Below, piece after piece: positions 1 through 17,211 of a stretch of DNA of 64,000 nucleotides. Position 1 is the first letter of the stretch; each line of letters begins with the position of its first letter. Origin of the DNA: an uncultured Bacillota bacterium (GTDB lineage: Bacteria; Bacillota; DTU025; MWDF01). The stretch covers positions 160,001 to 224,000 of the forward strand of contig CAWGMK010000013.1 of the NCBI GenBank assembly GCA_963823655.1, written 5' to 3'. The notes beneath the pieces were generated by a model. The model was given only the letters and a program-made list of their open reading frames with translations. It was not told where the DNA came from and did not search any database. The position numbers and the translations under genes were made by a program.

Positions 1-1118
<1,118 letters not shown>

Positions 1119-1282
1119 TTAGGCGAAGCGCTCAGGCGCCGAGCCGAAGACTTCAGGTCGATGATCAATTCGTCCATGAAAGCTCGCGCCGGTGGCTGAC
1201 AAGCCGGCGGGTCAATGGTCTCTCTCAGACAACTCGTAAGTTCAACTTCCATGTTCCCGGTTTCCAGGGAGTCTTCCTTGGA

Positions 1283-1306
1283 GTGCTCTTTGGCAACCGC
1301 ATAAGG
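1283..1306 (+). promoter_or_regulatory. boxA-like element and 5' arm of the 23S processing stem
   Basis: TGCTCTTTGGCAACCGCA resembles boxA and pairs (one G-U) with TGCGGTTGCCAAAGGGCA at ~4461-4478, downstream of the 23S gene. Confidence 0.75.
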
Positions 1307-1415
1307 GAAAAGTGAAGAGGAAAGACAAAAAGGGTAACAAAAGGCAAGTGTATACAGTCCAGGCGAATACCTGGGAAAAGATAGAAGAAGCGCGTAAAGG
1401 GAAATAAAGACAATT

Positions 1416-4361
<2,946 letters not shown>

Positions 4362-4481
4362 TTCATAGCGGACTTCTGCCTTAAGAACAGATATCCGCCG
4401 TGACTGTAGCTTGCCCAACCCATTACCCCATAAATCCATCCTCTTCTTCAATTCACCTTTTGCGGTTGCCAAAGGGCATTT

Positions 4482-4597
4482 TCCGGTGGCAATGGCGGAG
4501 GGGCCACACCTGTTCCCATTCCGAACACAGTAGTTAAGCCCTCCAGCGCCGATGGTACTCGGCTGGCAACGGCCCGGGAGAGTAGGACGCCGCCGGA
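4482..4597 (+). rRNA. rrf: 5S rRNA
   Basis: CCCATTCCGAACACAG...GCCGATGGTACT...GAGAGTAGG motifs with complementary ends. Confidence 0.97.
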
Positions 4598-4606
4598 TCT
4601 TTAGTT

Positions 4607-4642
4607 AAAGGCTTTCGCTTATCGCGAGGGCCTTTTTCTTTA
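4607..4642 (+). terminator. rRNA operon intrinsic terminator
   Basis: AGGCTTTCGC/GCGAGGGCCT hairpin followed by a T-run. Confidence 0.8.
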
Positions 4643-4807
4643 TTGTGCTATGCTTGTAGTTCTTTTTTGCTTGACGCATAATTGATGTAACAATTCACAT
4701 GTCGGACCGACATAAATCCGCAATAAACAATTAGCATAATAGGAGAAACTGAATCATAAACTCCAATTTCGCATGGAATCGGCCCAAGATCTTCTTACAA
4801 GGAGGGC

Positions 4808-7755
4808 TTGAAGGTGGGATCCCTCGGAAGCAAACAATTTGAGCAATTGAAAGGCCAAATCGAAAAAGACAAACAGGGCTTGATAGTACTTTGTGCGAGC
4901 ACGAGGGCAGCAGCACTGCTTAAGCGCGTGCTTTTAAGCAAGCTCCCCAGCGGTGCAATGCTGAATATAGACATTCTGGCGCCGAATGAGTTGATAGCAC
5001 AACTTACAAGGGAGTTGGGTATAGAGGCTCAGGTCATAGGCGGTCTCGGGCGCGAGATGGTGTTAAATGAGGTTCTTGCCGGTTTGAAGAAGAAGCCGTT
5101 CAAAGAGGCGGAAATGAGCGACTATGTTAGAAGCATAGGAAAGGCAATAGGCGAGCTTATACAGGCAAATGTAACTGAGTCGGAATTAGGACGGTCAGGC
5201 TCAGGAAGCGATAAAACGGAGCTTTTAGCCGTAGCATATTCGGCTTATTTGAAAAGGCTGCGAAGCAGCAGTGCAATAGATGCAAAAGAGCTGCCTGACA
5301 AGGTATTTGAAAAGATCAGGCAAGACGGTTTACCGCGAATGTTGACATCCAGGAGAATTGTCAAATATTGCGTCCCCTCTGATATGTTGGCGGAAAAGCT
5401 GGTGAAGAGCCTTGAAGTTGAAGGTGTTCATGTTGAAAGCATAGATGAGGTAGGGTGTGGCGAATTTCAATTTAAGGCCGTTCACAGCATATATGCTAGG
5501 GAGGGCCGGCAGCTTGCCAGGGAGGCAGCCCGAAGGTGCAAGGAGCTTTTTGCGAATATGGTTGCAGCTATCAGGATATATGCATTGTAGTTCCACCGGT
5601 ACAGGGTGCAGAAAGGGAAGTAGTCAAGGCGCTTGAGTGGGCCGGCGTACCATCGTCTGATCCGCTTTGGATAAACCTCTCAGAGCATCCTTCCGCCTCA
5701 TCCCTTATCTCGGCAATGAGGCTTATTGCGCAATCAAACGAAAAAGTGGACATATTTCCCTATTGTGCAAGCCCTTATTACGGCTTGGATTACTTTAAAA
5801 GGAAAACAAAGGCAGATAATGAGCGCATAGCCGAATCTACGGCAGCAATGGTTTCGAAGATACTGGCGCGCCAGAGGCAAAAATCGGAGCCACTACATCT
5901 GAAAGAGTGGGCGGACGTCCAACGATGGAATAGGCACTTCAGAAAGATAAGCGAAGATGATCAGGTCATGGACTCGACAATGTCGGCCTTCTATGAATGG
6001 ACAGGGCTAATGCTCAAGCTTGCCGGGGAACTCAACGTTTCAGATACATGGGAAGCACACTGCGATAACCTTGAGGCTTTTGTTAGAGACTTCTATGCAG
6101 ACGATTCCCTTTTGAGCAATGAAGAGGATGATCCAGAACGTGCGGCGCTAGAACAGAAGGCAGTGGCGGGCATCAAGGACGTAATTGGCAAAGTAAGATC
6201 GGCATTTGCCCTTACCAAAGGGACTGGCGGCAGTGTTGATTGGGCGGAATTCTCTGCAACCATGACAGATGCATTTAAAGAGAAGAGACTGATGCTAAGA
6301 GGGGCATACAGGACTGGCGTAGGCGTGGCGGAGCCTAAGGATGTCCTAGGACTGCGGTTTAAGCATCTTATTGTTTACGATGTATCAGAACGGAATTTCC
6401 CGCTTCCTTGGAATCCAGGTTGGCTCCTCTCGGAAGGCGACAGGAAGAGCATAGAGGCTTTTAAGGAACAAACGGCTGAAGTCAAGAATGCGATCTCAAA
6501 AGAGCAATTCTTCCACGCAGTTTCCAACGCTGAGGATACTGTAAGCTTTATTATTCCTTCAATAGGTCAGGATGAGAAGGCAATAAACAGGAGCATTTGG
6601 GTTGGCGACATTGAGGAGGAATCTAAAGAAGCAGGCAAAGCGGTCACTGTGGAACATACAAAACGGAGGTTCCCCGCTCCTGAAGTAGTTGATTGCAGCG
6701 TTACCGAGAAGGAATTATCGCTGCACAGGTCCGATGAGGACTTCATAACCGAAGGAGGAGAGGACAAGCGCCTTAAAGACCTGTTTGAAGCCAATAGGGA
6801 AGATGCCGAGAGGTTGGCTTCATTTGCACATGTCAAGTTCCGGGATGGATATAAGTGGTCGGCGTCCATGATTGGACAGTATCTAAAATGCAGCATGGCA
6901 TTCATTCCAACATACCTTGCCGGCATAAGGCAGAAGGATGAATATGAAGAGCTGCCTTCACCGATGTCGGCCGGTAACTTCCTGCACAGCATGGCGAAGA
7001 TGGTTATCGACAAGATAGACGAACTTAGGAGCCTGCCCTATCAAGACGCCTCCGCCAAGCTGGACCAATTTATCGAGAAGGAGCTTAGCTATGATAGAGC
7101 CCGGCTCGCTGCGAACATGTCGGAAGAACTGTGGGGTATACTTAAGGTTCCACATGCCAGGATTTTAAAGAAGTTCGCGGAAAGCGAGCTCGAGTACCTT
7201 CAGACCAATGGTGCATGCTTCAATAGTCGGCTTACCGAGCAGAAGTTCTCAACAGGCGAAGACTCCGGAAAACTTCAGCTTAACAGCATCGACATCTCCT
7301 TCGAGGCCAGGATTGACAGAATAGATATCGATGAAAGCGATAATGCCGCGGTCTATGATTACAAATCAGGCACCTTACCGGATCGAGAGCAAGATGTTCA
7401 GGTAGACTTCTACTCGCTGATCGTCAGGCAGGAGCTGGGGAAAGTCCCCGTAGCTTCTGCTTACTTCCCCTTGAGCCGTGGCAAAGGCTGTACTCGGGCA
7501 GAAATCAGCCTGGGAAGCTATGTTGATGAGTTTCACGACAAATTGGGCTTTAAACCGCCGCGTTCAAATAACCTAAGCTTGGTTCATTACCCGAGGGACC
7601 AGGTTAATTCCAGGCTTGCCGAAGCTTCCTCCAGAATAGAGGACCTAGTCAATGGCATCCTCTCAGGAGCGTATTTTGAGGGCATGCCCGTCAACTCCAA
7701 TCCATGTAAATATTGTATAAAGAGCAATATCTGCTGGCTTTCCGCAAACTTATAA
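4808..7755 (+). CDS. addB: AddB/RexB-like subunit with C-terminal PD-(D/E)XK Fe-S nuclease; split by one frameshift near 5550
   Basis: ORFs 4808-5590 and 5536-7755 join at a T5 run. Motifs SAS..YLKC, GNFLH, RIDRID, YDYKSG and CxxC..C. Lies directly upstream of a UvrD helicase. Confidence 0.75.
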
Positions 7756-7769
7756 TTCGGTAAAAGGAG

Positions 7770-10700
7770 GTGAAGGGATTGCAGCTGGATACAAATCAGA
7801 AGCAGGCCGTGGAGATGCAGGATAGGAGCCTTGTGGTTACCGCTGGCGCCGGTTCAGGCAAAACCAGAGTGTTAGTGGAAAGATACATTGAGTTAATAAC
7901 TAAGATGACTGATGGGCAGATGGCAGGCCCCGACAGAGTTGTTGCGATAACCTTCACCGAAAAGGCTGCGGCGCAAATGAGGAGCAGGGTTGAGCGGGCG
8001 TTGCGAGACAGGATTTTGAATGAAAGCGACCCTAACAGGTTGATGCAGCTTAAGGGCATGCTTGAGAGGCTGGCGGCAGCACGGATCTCCACAATAAATT
8101 CGTTTTGCATGAACCTTGTCAGGCGTTTCCCGATATATGCAAACGTACATCCGGAATTCTCGGTAATCGAGCCTGCCGATGCTTCAAGCCTGCAATTCGA
8201 CAGCGTAAAAGATGCCCTGAATGAGTTTTTAAGGACTCTTCTGAAAACTGATAGGGAAGAGCTCATAGAGCTTATCACCAATTCTTGCGGCAGCCTGGAT
8301 CGCTTCCTGGAACATATGGAAACGAGCCTCTCCTTCGTATATACAGCCGGGAAGAAGGAGTATTCCGGCGGCATTTCTGATGCCAACCTCAACCTGACGA
8401 GGATAAGGCAGAGGGCAGTGGAGATTTACGAGGAAAAGCTCGCACGGATGAAAGCGCTTGATTTCGCCCTTATTGAGGACAAAGCCATGAAACTTCTGCT
8501 GGGGGATGCGGGCGAAGAGGCGCGCTCGGGCATAGACCACGTCCTTGTCGATGAGTACCAGGATATAAACACTGTTCAAGATACTCTGATTAGATGCCTT
8601 GTGGAGAAGCCGGGTGCAACTGAAGGTAAGGTACTGGACTCACGGAAGTTATTCATCGTCGGAGATCCGAAACAGTCAATTTACCGTTTCAGGGGGGCGG
8701 AACCGTCAATATTTGAGAAGTGGATTAGTGTGGCTAAGGCCAAATCGCTTCATGTTCACTTAGATAGAAACTACAGGTCCAATCCTATCCTGATTGGCTT
8801 CTCCAATATGCTTTTCAAGAAGATGATGTTGGAGAAATATACAGCCTCAGAACCGGGTAGGAAGCCTTTCGAGCTCAATGGAAACGTTCTGGTAAGGTTG
8901 CTTGCATGTCCGAAAAAAGAGAAGGACATGCTTTTCGACCGCACGGCAAGGGAAGTAATCTCTCTTGTGAGAAATTCCTACACCCATATAGGCACTACAG
9001 ATGCGAGGCCACTAGGCCTGAAGGACATAGCTCTTCTTACACCTAGCAATAACGGTATGGAACCGTATATTCGGGCGTTCAAGAAGCATGGGATACCAGT
9101 CGCTGTAATGAAGAGCGGAACCTTTTACCAGAGCGATTCCGTAGCTTTCATTATTAGCCTGCTAGGAACGGCCATAAACGATGCGGACGATATTTCTGCC
9201 TATCAGCTGCTAGCGTCGCCCTCTTATGGTATACGAGAGGCCACGATATCATCAATCTGCTACTTTGTACGGCCTATTTCAGGCTGCTTAACAGAAGAAG
9301 TACCTGATATCAGGGAGTATTTCTTTGATCAGGATGAGTACGACAACTTCGATAGGGCAAGGGCAATAGTTATCGCAGTCAGGAGAATGAGAAGCAGCTA
9401 TGGCACTAGAGAGCTGCTGGAGAAGCTCGCAGATGATTTCGGCTTTGAGGAAGATATATTGAGAGGGTATGGCAGGAGAGGCGTAGCTAACTTCAGGAAA
9501 CTTGTGGAATTATCTTCCAACGCAGCTCTTTCTCTTGGGAATCTCATCGATTTCCAGGAACATCTTACTTCATATAAGAGCAGGGAAGTACAGGCAGACG
9601 AGCCGGATATCCTTGACGACGACGAAGAGGCCGTTAAGATCATGACTATTCATAAGGCCAAAGGCCTTGAGTTTCCCGTAGTCATCCTTGGCGATGGCAA
9701 CTATGACCTTGAGGAGGGGCCCAGCCAGAAAGAGATTACAATGATTTCTATGGGAGACGGCGGCATTGTAGCCAAGAGCAGCAAAGGGAGCTCAAAAGAG
9801 ATTTACGATTTGGAGTTACTAAGAATTAAAGCGGAGAACGTGGCAGAGCGGCAGAGACTTATGTACGTTGCTGCAACACGCGCCGAGGAAATACTTATCA
9901 TTAGCGGGAGGGAAGAGAGCGACAAAACTGAGAACGGCCAACCGCTTAGAAAACCCCGATACCTTTTCGCAAAGCTCGAGGAAATCGACGCGAGCTCATG
10001 CGGTGCAGAGGGATTCCCCAATATGAGATGGGACCAGGTAATGCAGCCTGACGACAGCCCGATCCCGTTGCCGAATGTATGTGCCGCCGCACCCAAAAGA
10101 AGACCACTTGAATCCTGAAGCAATGTTGTCGAGAAGCAATGACCGGATAGTCAGGTTCTCTCCTTCATCCATCATGTCCTATATCAACTGCCCAAAGGAG
10201 TTCCTAAGGAGGCAATGGTATAGGCTTCCTGAGGAGGAGAAAGCAGCAGTGGCAGGTGATTCGTCCGCAAAACCCCACTATAGTGCCTCCGAGCTTGGTA
10301 CAATCGTGCACTTCATAGCCCAGCATTCTGAAAACCGGGAAGAAGGCAAGGTCGCTATGGAAATGGCGAAGGCGGCTTTCTCTGCCAGCTTGCCGGGCAA
10401 CCAGGCTTTGATGAGCAGGGTGCAAGATCTTGTGAATAATTACTATGACTTCATAGAAAAACACAAGTGCCAGGGGAAGCTAATGAAGGAAGTCAACTTT
10501 TCTATTGCGATCGAGGAATTCATTCTCGAAGGCATGATCGACAGGCTTGAGGAGGACGGCAAAGGCGTATGGACTGTCACAGACCTGAAGACAAACAACC
10601 TCAATAAGAACGACAGCGAATCACTAGCTAAGAAATACGAGATCCAGCTGATGGCATATATGTACGCTGCGGGAAAAGCGCTTGGCACAAAAGACATTTC

Positions 10701-10947
10701 TTCAAGGCTCTTATTTCTTGTAGATAACAGTATCGTTAAAATTGATAATGTTGACTTCGAAATCATCGAAGCCAGGCTCCTGGAAATCATGAAGAGCGCA
10801 TCGACTATGCCAGAAGAATGCAAGAGCCTATCCCAGGCCTGCGAGAAGTGCGATAAGAAGCGCGAATGTCCGTCCGGCCCGGAATTTCTTGAAGAAACCG
10901 ATCAAGATGAGGACGGCATTTCAGAAGATTTGCAGTACGAAGTCTAA
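7770..10947 (+). CDS. addA: AddA/RexA-like UvrD helicase-nuclease; frameshift near 10075
   Basis: Walker A AGAGSGKT, TFTEKAA, VDEYQD, VGDPKQSIYRFRGA, MTIHKAKGLEF, YVAATRA. ORF 10075-10947 supplies the nuclease domain (GTIVH, GMIDRL, DLKT, Q.MAY). Confidence 0.85.
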
Positions 10948-10997
10948 TTCGCAGCCTGCCATGAACGGATATTGAAGGGATTGGTTATTAGGATAAA

Positions 10998-11023
10998 GGC
11001 CTGTGGCTTTAGTGCCACAGGCC
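10998..11023. terminator. Hairpin terminator between convergent genes
   Basis: GGCCTGTGGC-TTTAGT-GCCACAGGCC perfect stem. Confidence 0.7.
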
Positions 11024-11067
11024 TAATTCAAGATTTGTAGTGGCTTCAAGAAGCCATTAAGCTAGGC

Positions 11068-11712
11068 TTAAAGCTCCATGCTGCCCTTATAGTCAACCTT
11101 GATACTGGTAAATATGACATCGCCGCCACCAGTAAGGTCCGAATAGAGGTTAATATAGTACTTGGCTGCCGCACAATTGGTCATGGGGAAATCTGCCACT
11201 TTATATAGGTTCACATATACTTTAATATTATTGCCGGTCTTAACAAGTCTCCAGATGTTTGGCCCCTTCCTTAGAAGAGTGGGCAGGGTACTATCTATGA
11301 CATCTACCGGCCGAACAGCGCTTGCCCCGTCATCTTCTACCCACCAATCCTCAAAATCCTCTAAGCCAATATTATTGAAGCGGCTATAGATATAGTTATT
11401 CGGAAAGAACCCCTTTCCATCGCCAACGCATATACCGAATAAGGCCGTATTGTCGGCATCGGTATTCAAAGAAAAGTTCACTGTTATGGTGAAGTCCTCA
11501 TCGAAAGCCACAGGGCTGCTCAATGCCCATTTGTTAAGCCTGACGCCAAAGGCTGGAACTGGTTCAATGCTTCCCAGTAGATCCTGCTGAGCCCAATCAG
11601 AATAATTGTCGGGCAATGCAAAGGAAACCTTCCATGTATTCCCAAAGCACCCGCCCAATGCAATTGAAAGCACAACTGCAAGTGCTGCAATTACCAATAG
11701 CCTGCTTTTCAT
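11068..11712 (-). CDS. Lipoprotein of unknown function, beta-rich (possibly ConA/LamG-like)
   Basis: SD AGGAGG, then MKSRLLVIAALAVVLSIALGGC with a lipobox; beta-strand-like pattern. Confidence 0.75.
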   Translation of the reverse strand: MKSRLLVIAALAVVLSIALGGCFGNTWKVSFALPDNYSDWAQQDLLGSIEPVPAFGVRLNKWALSSPVAFDEDFTITVNFSLNTDADNTALFGICVGDGKGFFPNNYIYSRFNNIGLEDFEDWWVEDDGASAVRPVDVIDSTLPTLLRKGPNIWRLVKTGNNIKVYVNLYKVADFPMTNCAAAKYYINLYSDLTGGGDVIFTSIKVDYKGSMEL

Positions 11713-12069
11713 GATATCCCTCCTTTCTTGCATATGTTCATTACGAATATGCAAAATCCTTTATCTGAAGTATGTATTTGTCTAAGCATTTTAGTATCAA
11801 ATGTATGATCAGGAATCTTGATAGCATTGAAAAGACAAGATAAATCAGGCTAATTTTGCTGTGAAGTGAGTTCCTCAAATCCGCTCAGATACAGAGGAGA
11901 GGCTGAAGGGAGCATTGGAATAAAGGAGCCAATACGAATTGCCAAGCGTTTGCTTTTCGATATTGATTCAATGGCTGGCATTGCCTGAGAACTCCTAAGG
12001 AAATTTGCCGCTTCAGCAAGAGAGCATCAAAGCTGTTACCTCTATATCCTAATCATGGGTATCGTAAAA

Positions 12070-12094
12070 AGAAAAACCCGGTCAAACCGGGTTT
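12070..12094 (-). terminator. Intrinsic terminator of the DUF362 gene
   Basis: AAACCCGG-TCAAA-CCGGGTTT hairpin with a U-run on the minus strand. Confidence 0.7.
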
Positions 12095-12114
12095 GCTTTA
12101 CTCGTATTGAAGTT

Positions 12115-13299
12115 CTAACGCCAGTCGTTCTCAATCCGCTTGTGCTTAAGCTCCCTGGCCTGTGACAGGCCGAAGAGCAACTTTGCGAAGAGGGGGGCCT
12201 TTAGCCTTATCGAGTTATAAGGGCAATGCTCCTGGCAGCAGTAGCATTTGATGCACTTTGCGTGATCGATATGCACTTTGCCCTTTACCATTTTCATGGC
12301 ATTGGCAGGGCAGCCCTTAATGCAGCGCTGGCACTTCTTGCAGGTTCTGTGTACGACTTTCGGCCTTACTGTGCCGATGGATCTCATGAACCTGGTCTTG
12401 GCGAATTTTGAAGTTATGCCTCTCCAGCTTCCGGGAAAGGCGAAATCGGGAACCCTGGCTTCGTCCATTGAAAGTCCTTTAACATCGATCCTGGCCAGGT
12501 CAGCGACACCAACGCCCCTTCTTGCCGCGACTGCCGTCGTTGCAAGCGATGATGGATCTATTCCGATTATTCCGCTGGCTACAACATCCAGCGCTACTCC
12601 GTCAGGGGACGCAAGGATAAGGCCAACTTGCTTGGGGGTGCCATTCGTGGGGCCGTCACCCTCCATGGCAACAACGGCGTCCATGATATTCAGCGTTGGT
12701 TTCGCAGTCATGTAGATATCAAGAAGGCCCTGCGCAAAGAGGTCGGGGGTAGGGAAACGGATATGGGAGTGGACCTTTGAAACCCCGCTTACTACGCCGA
12801 ACATATTTTTCACGCAGCCTGAGAACATCATGAAGCCATGTGTTTTCATCTTTGCAAGGTTGACTATCTTGTCGGCTTCCAGGACTGCCCTTACAATCTT
12901 TACTTTCTTGCTAAGTCCGCCATCGGGTACGCTCGTCTCGACTTCTCGATAGAAGTCCGCCACTTTTACCCCATATTCCCTCATGACGGCCATATAACCC
13001 GAAGCCTCAAGGGCCGCTTCGGGGCTTTCAAGCCCCGGGCTGTCACCCACGAAAACCTCAGCCCCTCTTTCCTGCAGGAGCTCGATGAGGGCCCTTAATA
13101 TCTCGGGGTGAGGGGAAATGGCGCTTTCAGGGTTGGCGCCCCTTACCAGGTTGGGCTTTATAAGCACTTTATCTTTCGGCGCAACATAAACCGAAAGGCC
13201 GCCTAAAGGCGATAACGCTTCTTCAACTGATTTCCTTATTGCAGCTCTTTCATAGCTTTCGCATCTAACAATTGAAACCGTAGATCTATCGGGCATCAT
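12115..13299 (-). CDS. DUF362-domain Fe-S protein with C-terminal 2x[4Fe-4S] ferredoxin
   Basis: VLIKPN, KMKTH...GCVKN.FG, EGDGP, D.VALD and two CxxCxxCxxxCP motifs. Confidence 0.9.
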   Translation of the reverse strand: MMPDRSTVSIVRCESYERAAIRKSVEEALSPLGGLSVYVAPKDKVLIKPNLVRGANPESAISPHPEILRALIELLQERGAEVFVGDSPGLESPEAALEASGYMAVMREYGVKVADFYREVETSVPDGGLSKKVKIVRAVLEADKIVNLAKMKTHGFMMFSGCVKNMFGVVSGVSKVHSHIRFPTPDLFAQGLLDIYMTAKPTLNIMDAVVAMEGDGPTNGTPKQVGLILASPDGVALDVVASGIIGIDPSSLATTAVAARRGVGVADLARIDVKGLSMDEARVPDFAFPGSWRGITSKFAKTRFMRSIGTVRPKVVHRTCKKCQRCIKGCPANAMKMVKGKVHIDHAKCIKCYCCQEHCPYNSIRLKAPLFAKLLFGLSQARELKHKRIENDWR

Positions 13300-13394
13300 A
13301 CTCTCCTGTTGTGAACAATCGCACAAGTCCTATAAAAATGCTCCGGGATCCGAATTAACGGACCCCGGATAATTTTACACTAAGTCAGCCCTTT

Positions 13395-15054
<1,660 letters not shown>

Positions 15055-15335
15055 TTACTTAATGGCCAGGATGTCCGACTCGCGAAGGATCAGGTAATCC
15101 TCGACCGTCGATCTTTGACTTCGGTTCCGCCGTACTTGGAGTAGATTACCTTGTCGCCTGCTTTGACTTCTACTGCGATGCGCTTGCCCTCTTCAAACCT
15201 GCCGGGGCCGACCGCTACGACTTCGCCCCACTGAGGGCGCTCCTTGGCGGTATCGGGAAGGTAGAGGCCTCCTGCGGTCTTCTCCTCCTCGACGCTCGGC
15301 TTCACGATGACCCTGTCGCCTAGTGGCTTTAGCAT
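15055..15335 (-). CDS. groES: Co-chaperonin GroES (frameshift near the 3' end)
   Basis: [44 protein letters not shown]; [12 protein letters not shown] continues in another frame. Confidence 0.97.
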
Positions 15336-15375
15336 TCCTAGAACCTCCTTATATGTAAATGATGTGCCTCCGTTG

Positions 15376-15402
15376 TTAGCACTCGGCATAACCGAGTGCT
15401 AA
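15376..15402. promoter_or_regulatory. CIRCE operator (HrcA site)
   Basis: Perfect TTAGCACTC-N9-GAGTGCTAA upstream of groES. Confidence 0.98.
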
Positions 15403-15407
15403 TACAA

Positions 15408-15436
15408 AATATAATGCGTATGAATCCGCCTGTCAA
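15408..15436 (-). promoter_or_regulatory. SigA promoter of groESL
   Basis: TTGACA-N17-TATATT on the minus strand just upstream of CIRCE. Confidence 0.85.
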
Positions 15437-15512
15437 TATATCTCTAAGCAGGAATGCGGATTATTTTATAGAAGTCATTAATGGTAAATCAATTATACGA
15501 GGGGGCTTTAGC

Positions 15513-16709
15513 ATGGCCAGGAAGATTCTGATCGCAATTATCATTTTGGCAATCGCAATGACCGCGGCGATTGCGTATGCGGCACCGACCGACAAGGAGA
15601 AGCTGCTTGAATACTACGCGAAGAGGACGGCAAGCAGCCTGGAATACACTTACAAGATCACAGTCGACAAGGAGCCGATGAGCACAGCCCTGGTAAAGAT
15701 GAAGGGCCAGAAGATGTATATGGAAACCACCATGGAAGAGATGAAGTCGTTCATGATCAACGACGGCCTTTTCATGTATATGTGGACATCGATGTCGAAT
15801 ATCGGCCAGAAATACGACCTTAAGGAATATGAGAACCAGGGAGAGGCGAACAAGGAAGATATCGAACAGGCCGATGTGCAGGTAAAAGTGCTCGGATATG
15901 AGACCGTCAACGGTTACCAGTGCATGAAAGTAGAGATCAAAATTGAAGGGACGGTTCAGTATCACTGGGTGAGCGAAAAGTACGGACTTTCTATAAGAGT
16001 CATCATGGAAGAGATGCAGATGGACATAACTGACATCAAAGAGAAGAACATACCCGATTCTACATTCGTGCCTCCGTCCAATATCAACTTCAGCGGAAAT
16101 ATGTTCGCAGGACTTGGCCAGGCAATGCAGCAAGCAGCACAGCAATCTGCGCAGCAGGCTGCTCAAGCCGTCGATGAGGCGATTGCGCAAAACAAGCCGG
16201 TATCCAAGGGCGAGTTCTTGGCGATAATGGCGAAGCGCGGCAGCATTCCTGCCGTATACACGGAAAAGTACGACAACCTTCTCAAGACGAAGGTAAGCAT
16301 TAGCATAAAGGGCGGGAAGGAATACAGGGTAGTGGATGCCGCAATAAAGCTTTACATGATGTGCGACGGCACCGACATCTATACCTGGAACTCTATGATC
16401 AAGACGGTCAACAAGGTGAAAGCTGACGATGTGGCTCTTAAGGTGCTGTCTCCATATGACCCAACCATAATGTATGCAAAGGATTTCTCGCTGTACGAGT
16501 ACATAGGAAGAGACGAGATAAACGGGGAGCAGTGCCGCCATGCAAGGGTGTTCTACAGCGGCAAGACTTATGAGATCTGGGTCTCCGAAAGGCTCGGAAT
16601 TCTCATGAGGTTGATAGTAGGGGACGTAGACATGACCGTAAGCACGGTAATTGAACAGGATATACCGGAGACGACATTCCAGCTTCCGAGCGGATATAAA
16701 GTAAAGTAG
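15513..16709 (+). CDS. Secreted protein with two tandem DUF4412/LolA-like domains
   Basis: Signal peptide ending AYA. Two repeats of G.E..NG..C...WVSE..G...R...IP..TF..PS joined by a Q/A-rich linker. Confidence 0.75.
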   Translation: MARKILIAIIILAIAMTAAIAYAAPTDKEKLLEYYAKRTASSLEYTYKITVDKEPMSTALVKMKGQKMYMETTMEEMKSFMINDGLFMYMWTSMSNIGQKYDLKEYENQGEANKEDIEQADVQVKVLGYETVNGYQCMKVEIKIEGTVQYHWVSEKYGLSIRVIMEEMQMDITDIKEKNIPDSTFVPPSNINFSGNMFAGLGQAMQQAAQQSAQQAAQAVDEAIAQNKPVSKGEFLAIMAKRGSIPAVYTEKYDNLLKTKVSISIKGGKEYRVVDAAIKLYMMCDGTDIYTWNSMIKTVNKVKADDVALKVLSPYDPTIMYAKDFSLYEYIGRDEINGEQCRHARVFYSGKTYEIWVSERLGILMRLIVGDVDMTVSTVIEQDIPETTFQLPSGYKVK

Positions 16710-16722
16710 AAGGCTACTTAAC

Positions 16723-16759
16723 CTGCCGCCCCGAATCAGAAACGGGGCGGCAGCTTTTT
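16723..16759 (+). terminator. Intrinsic terminator
   Basis: CTGCCGCCCCG...CGGGGCGGCAG followed by TTTTT. Confidence 0.85.
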
Positions 16760-16806
16760 AATTGCCTAAGTGCTGCGCAAGTGCAATACTGCTCGGGGTG
16801 ATGTGG

Positions 16807-17211
16807 ATGAAAATTGTGACTGCTGCGGTAATTATCGAAGAAGGAAAGCTTCTCATAGCAAGAAGGGGCGAAGGCTCCGACCAGACCGGTTTGTGGGAGC
16901 TTCCGGGAGGGCAAAGCCGAGGAGGGCGAAACACTCCAAGAATGCCTCAAGCAGGGAACTTAAGGAGGAGCTTGGGATAAATGCGAGCATAGGCGCTGAA
17001 ATCATGAGGGTGGGCATTCCCGGGCGCGAAGGAAAGATGGAGCTTGTCGCACTGAAGGCCGAAATTGAGGAAGGCAGGCCGATGGCCATCGAGCATTCGG
17101 AAATTGCTTGGATTAGCCTGCGATGAATTGGCAAGTTACAAGTTCTGCCCTGCCGACATGCTTATGCTAGCTGAGGTGGGCAAGCTTATGGAAAAGGGGG
17201 AGTGCAGGTGA
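16807..17211 (+). CDS. MutT/NudG-like NUDIX hydrolase (frameshifted)
   Basis: VTAAVI..GKLLIARR, GLWELPGG, RELKEELG and EHSEIAW across frames. Confidence 0.85.

Noticed and set aside
10075-10947. Stand-alone Cas4-like nuclease or CRISPR/defence system
   Set aside because: It overlaps the helicase ORF and is best read as the AddA nuclease domain; I saw no CRISPR array or cas genes.
15489-16541. Long antisense ORFs (also 47725-48579, 47211-47900, 62759-63391)
   Set aside because: They lie opposite well-supported genes and have no recognisable motifs.
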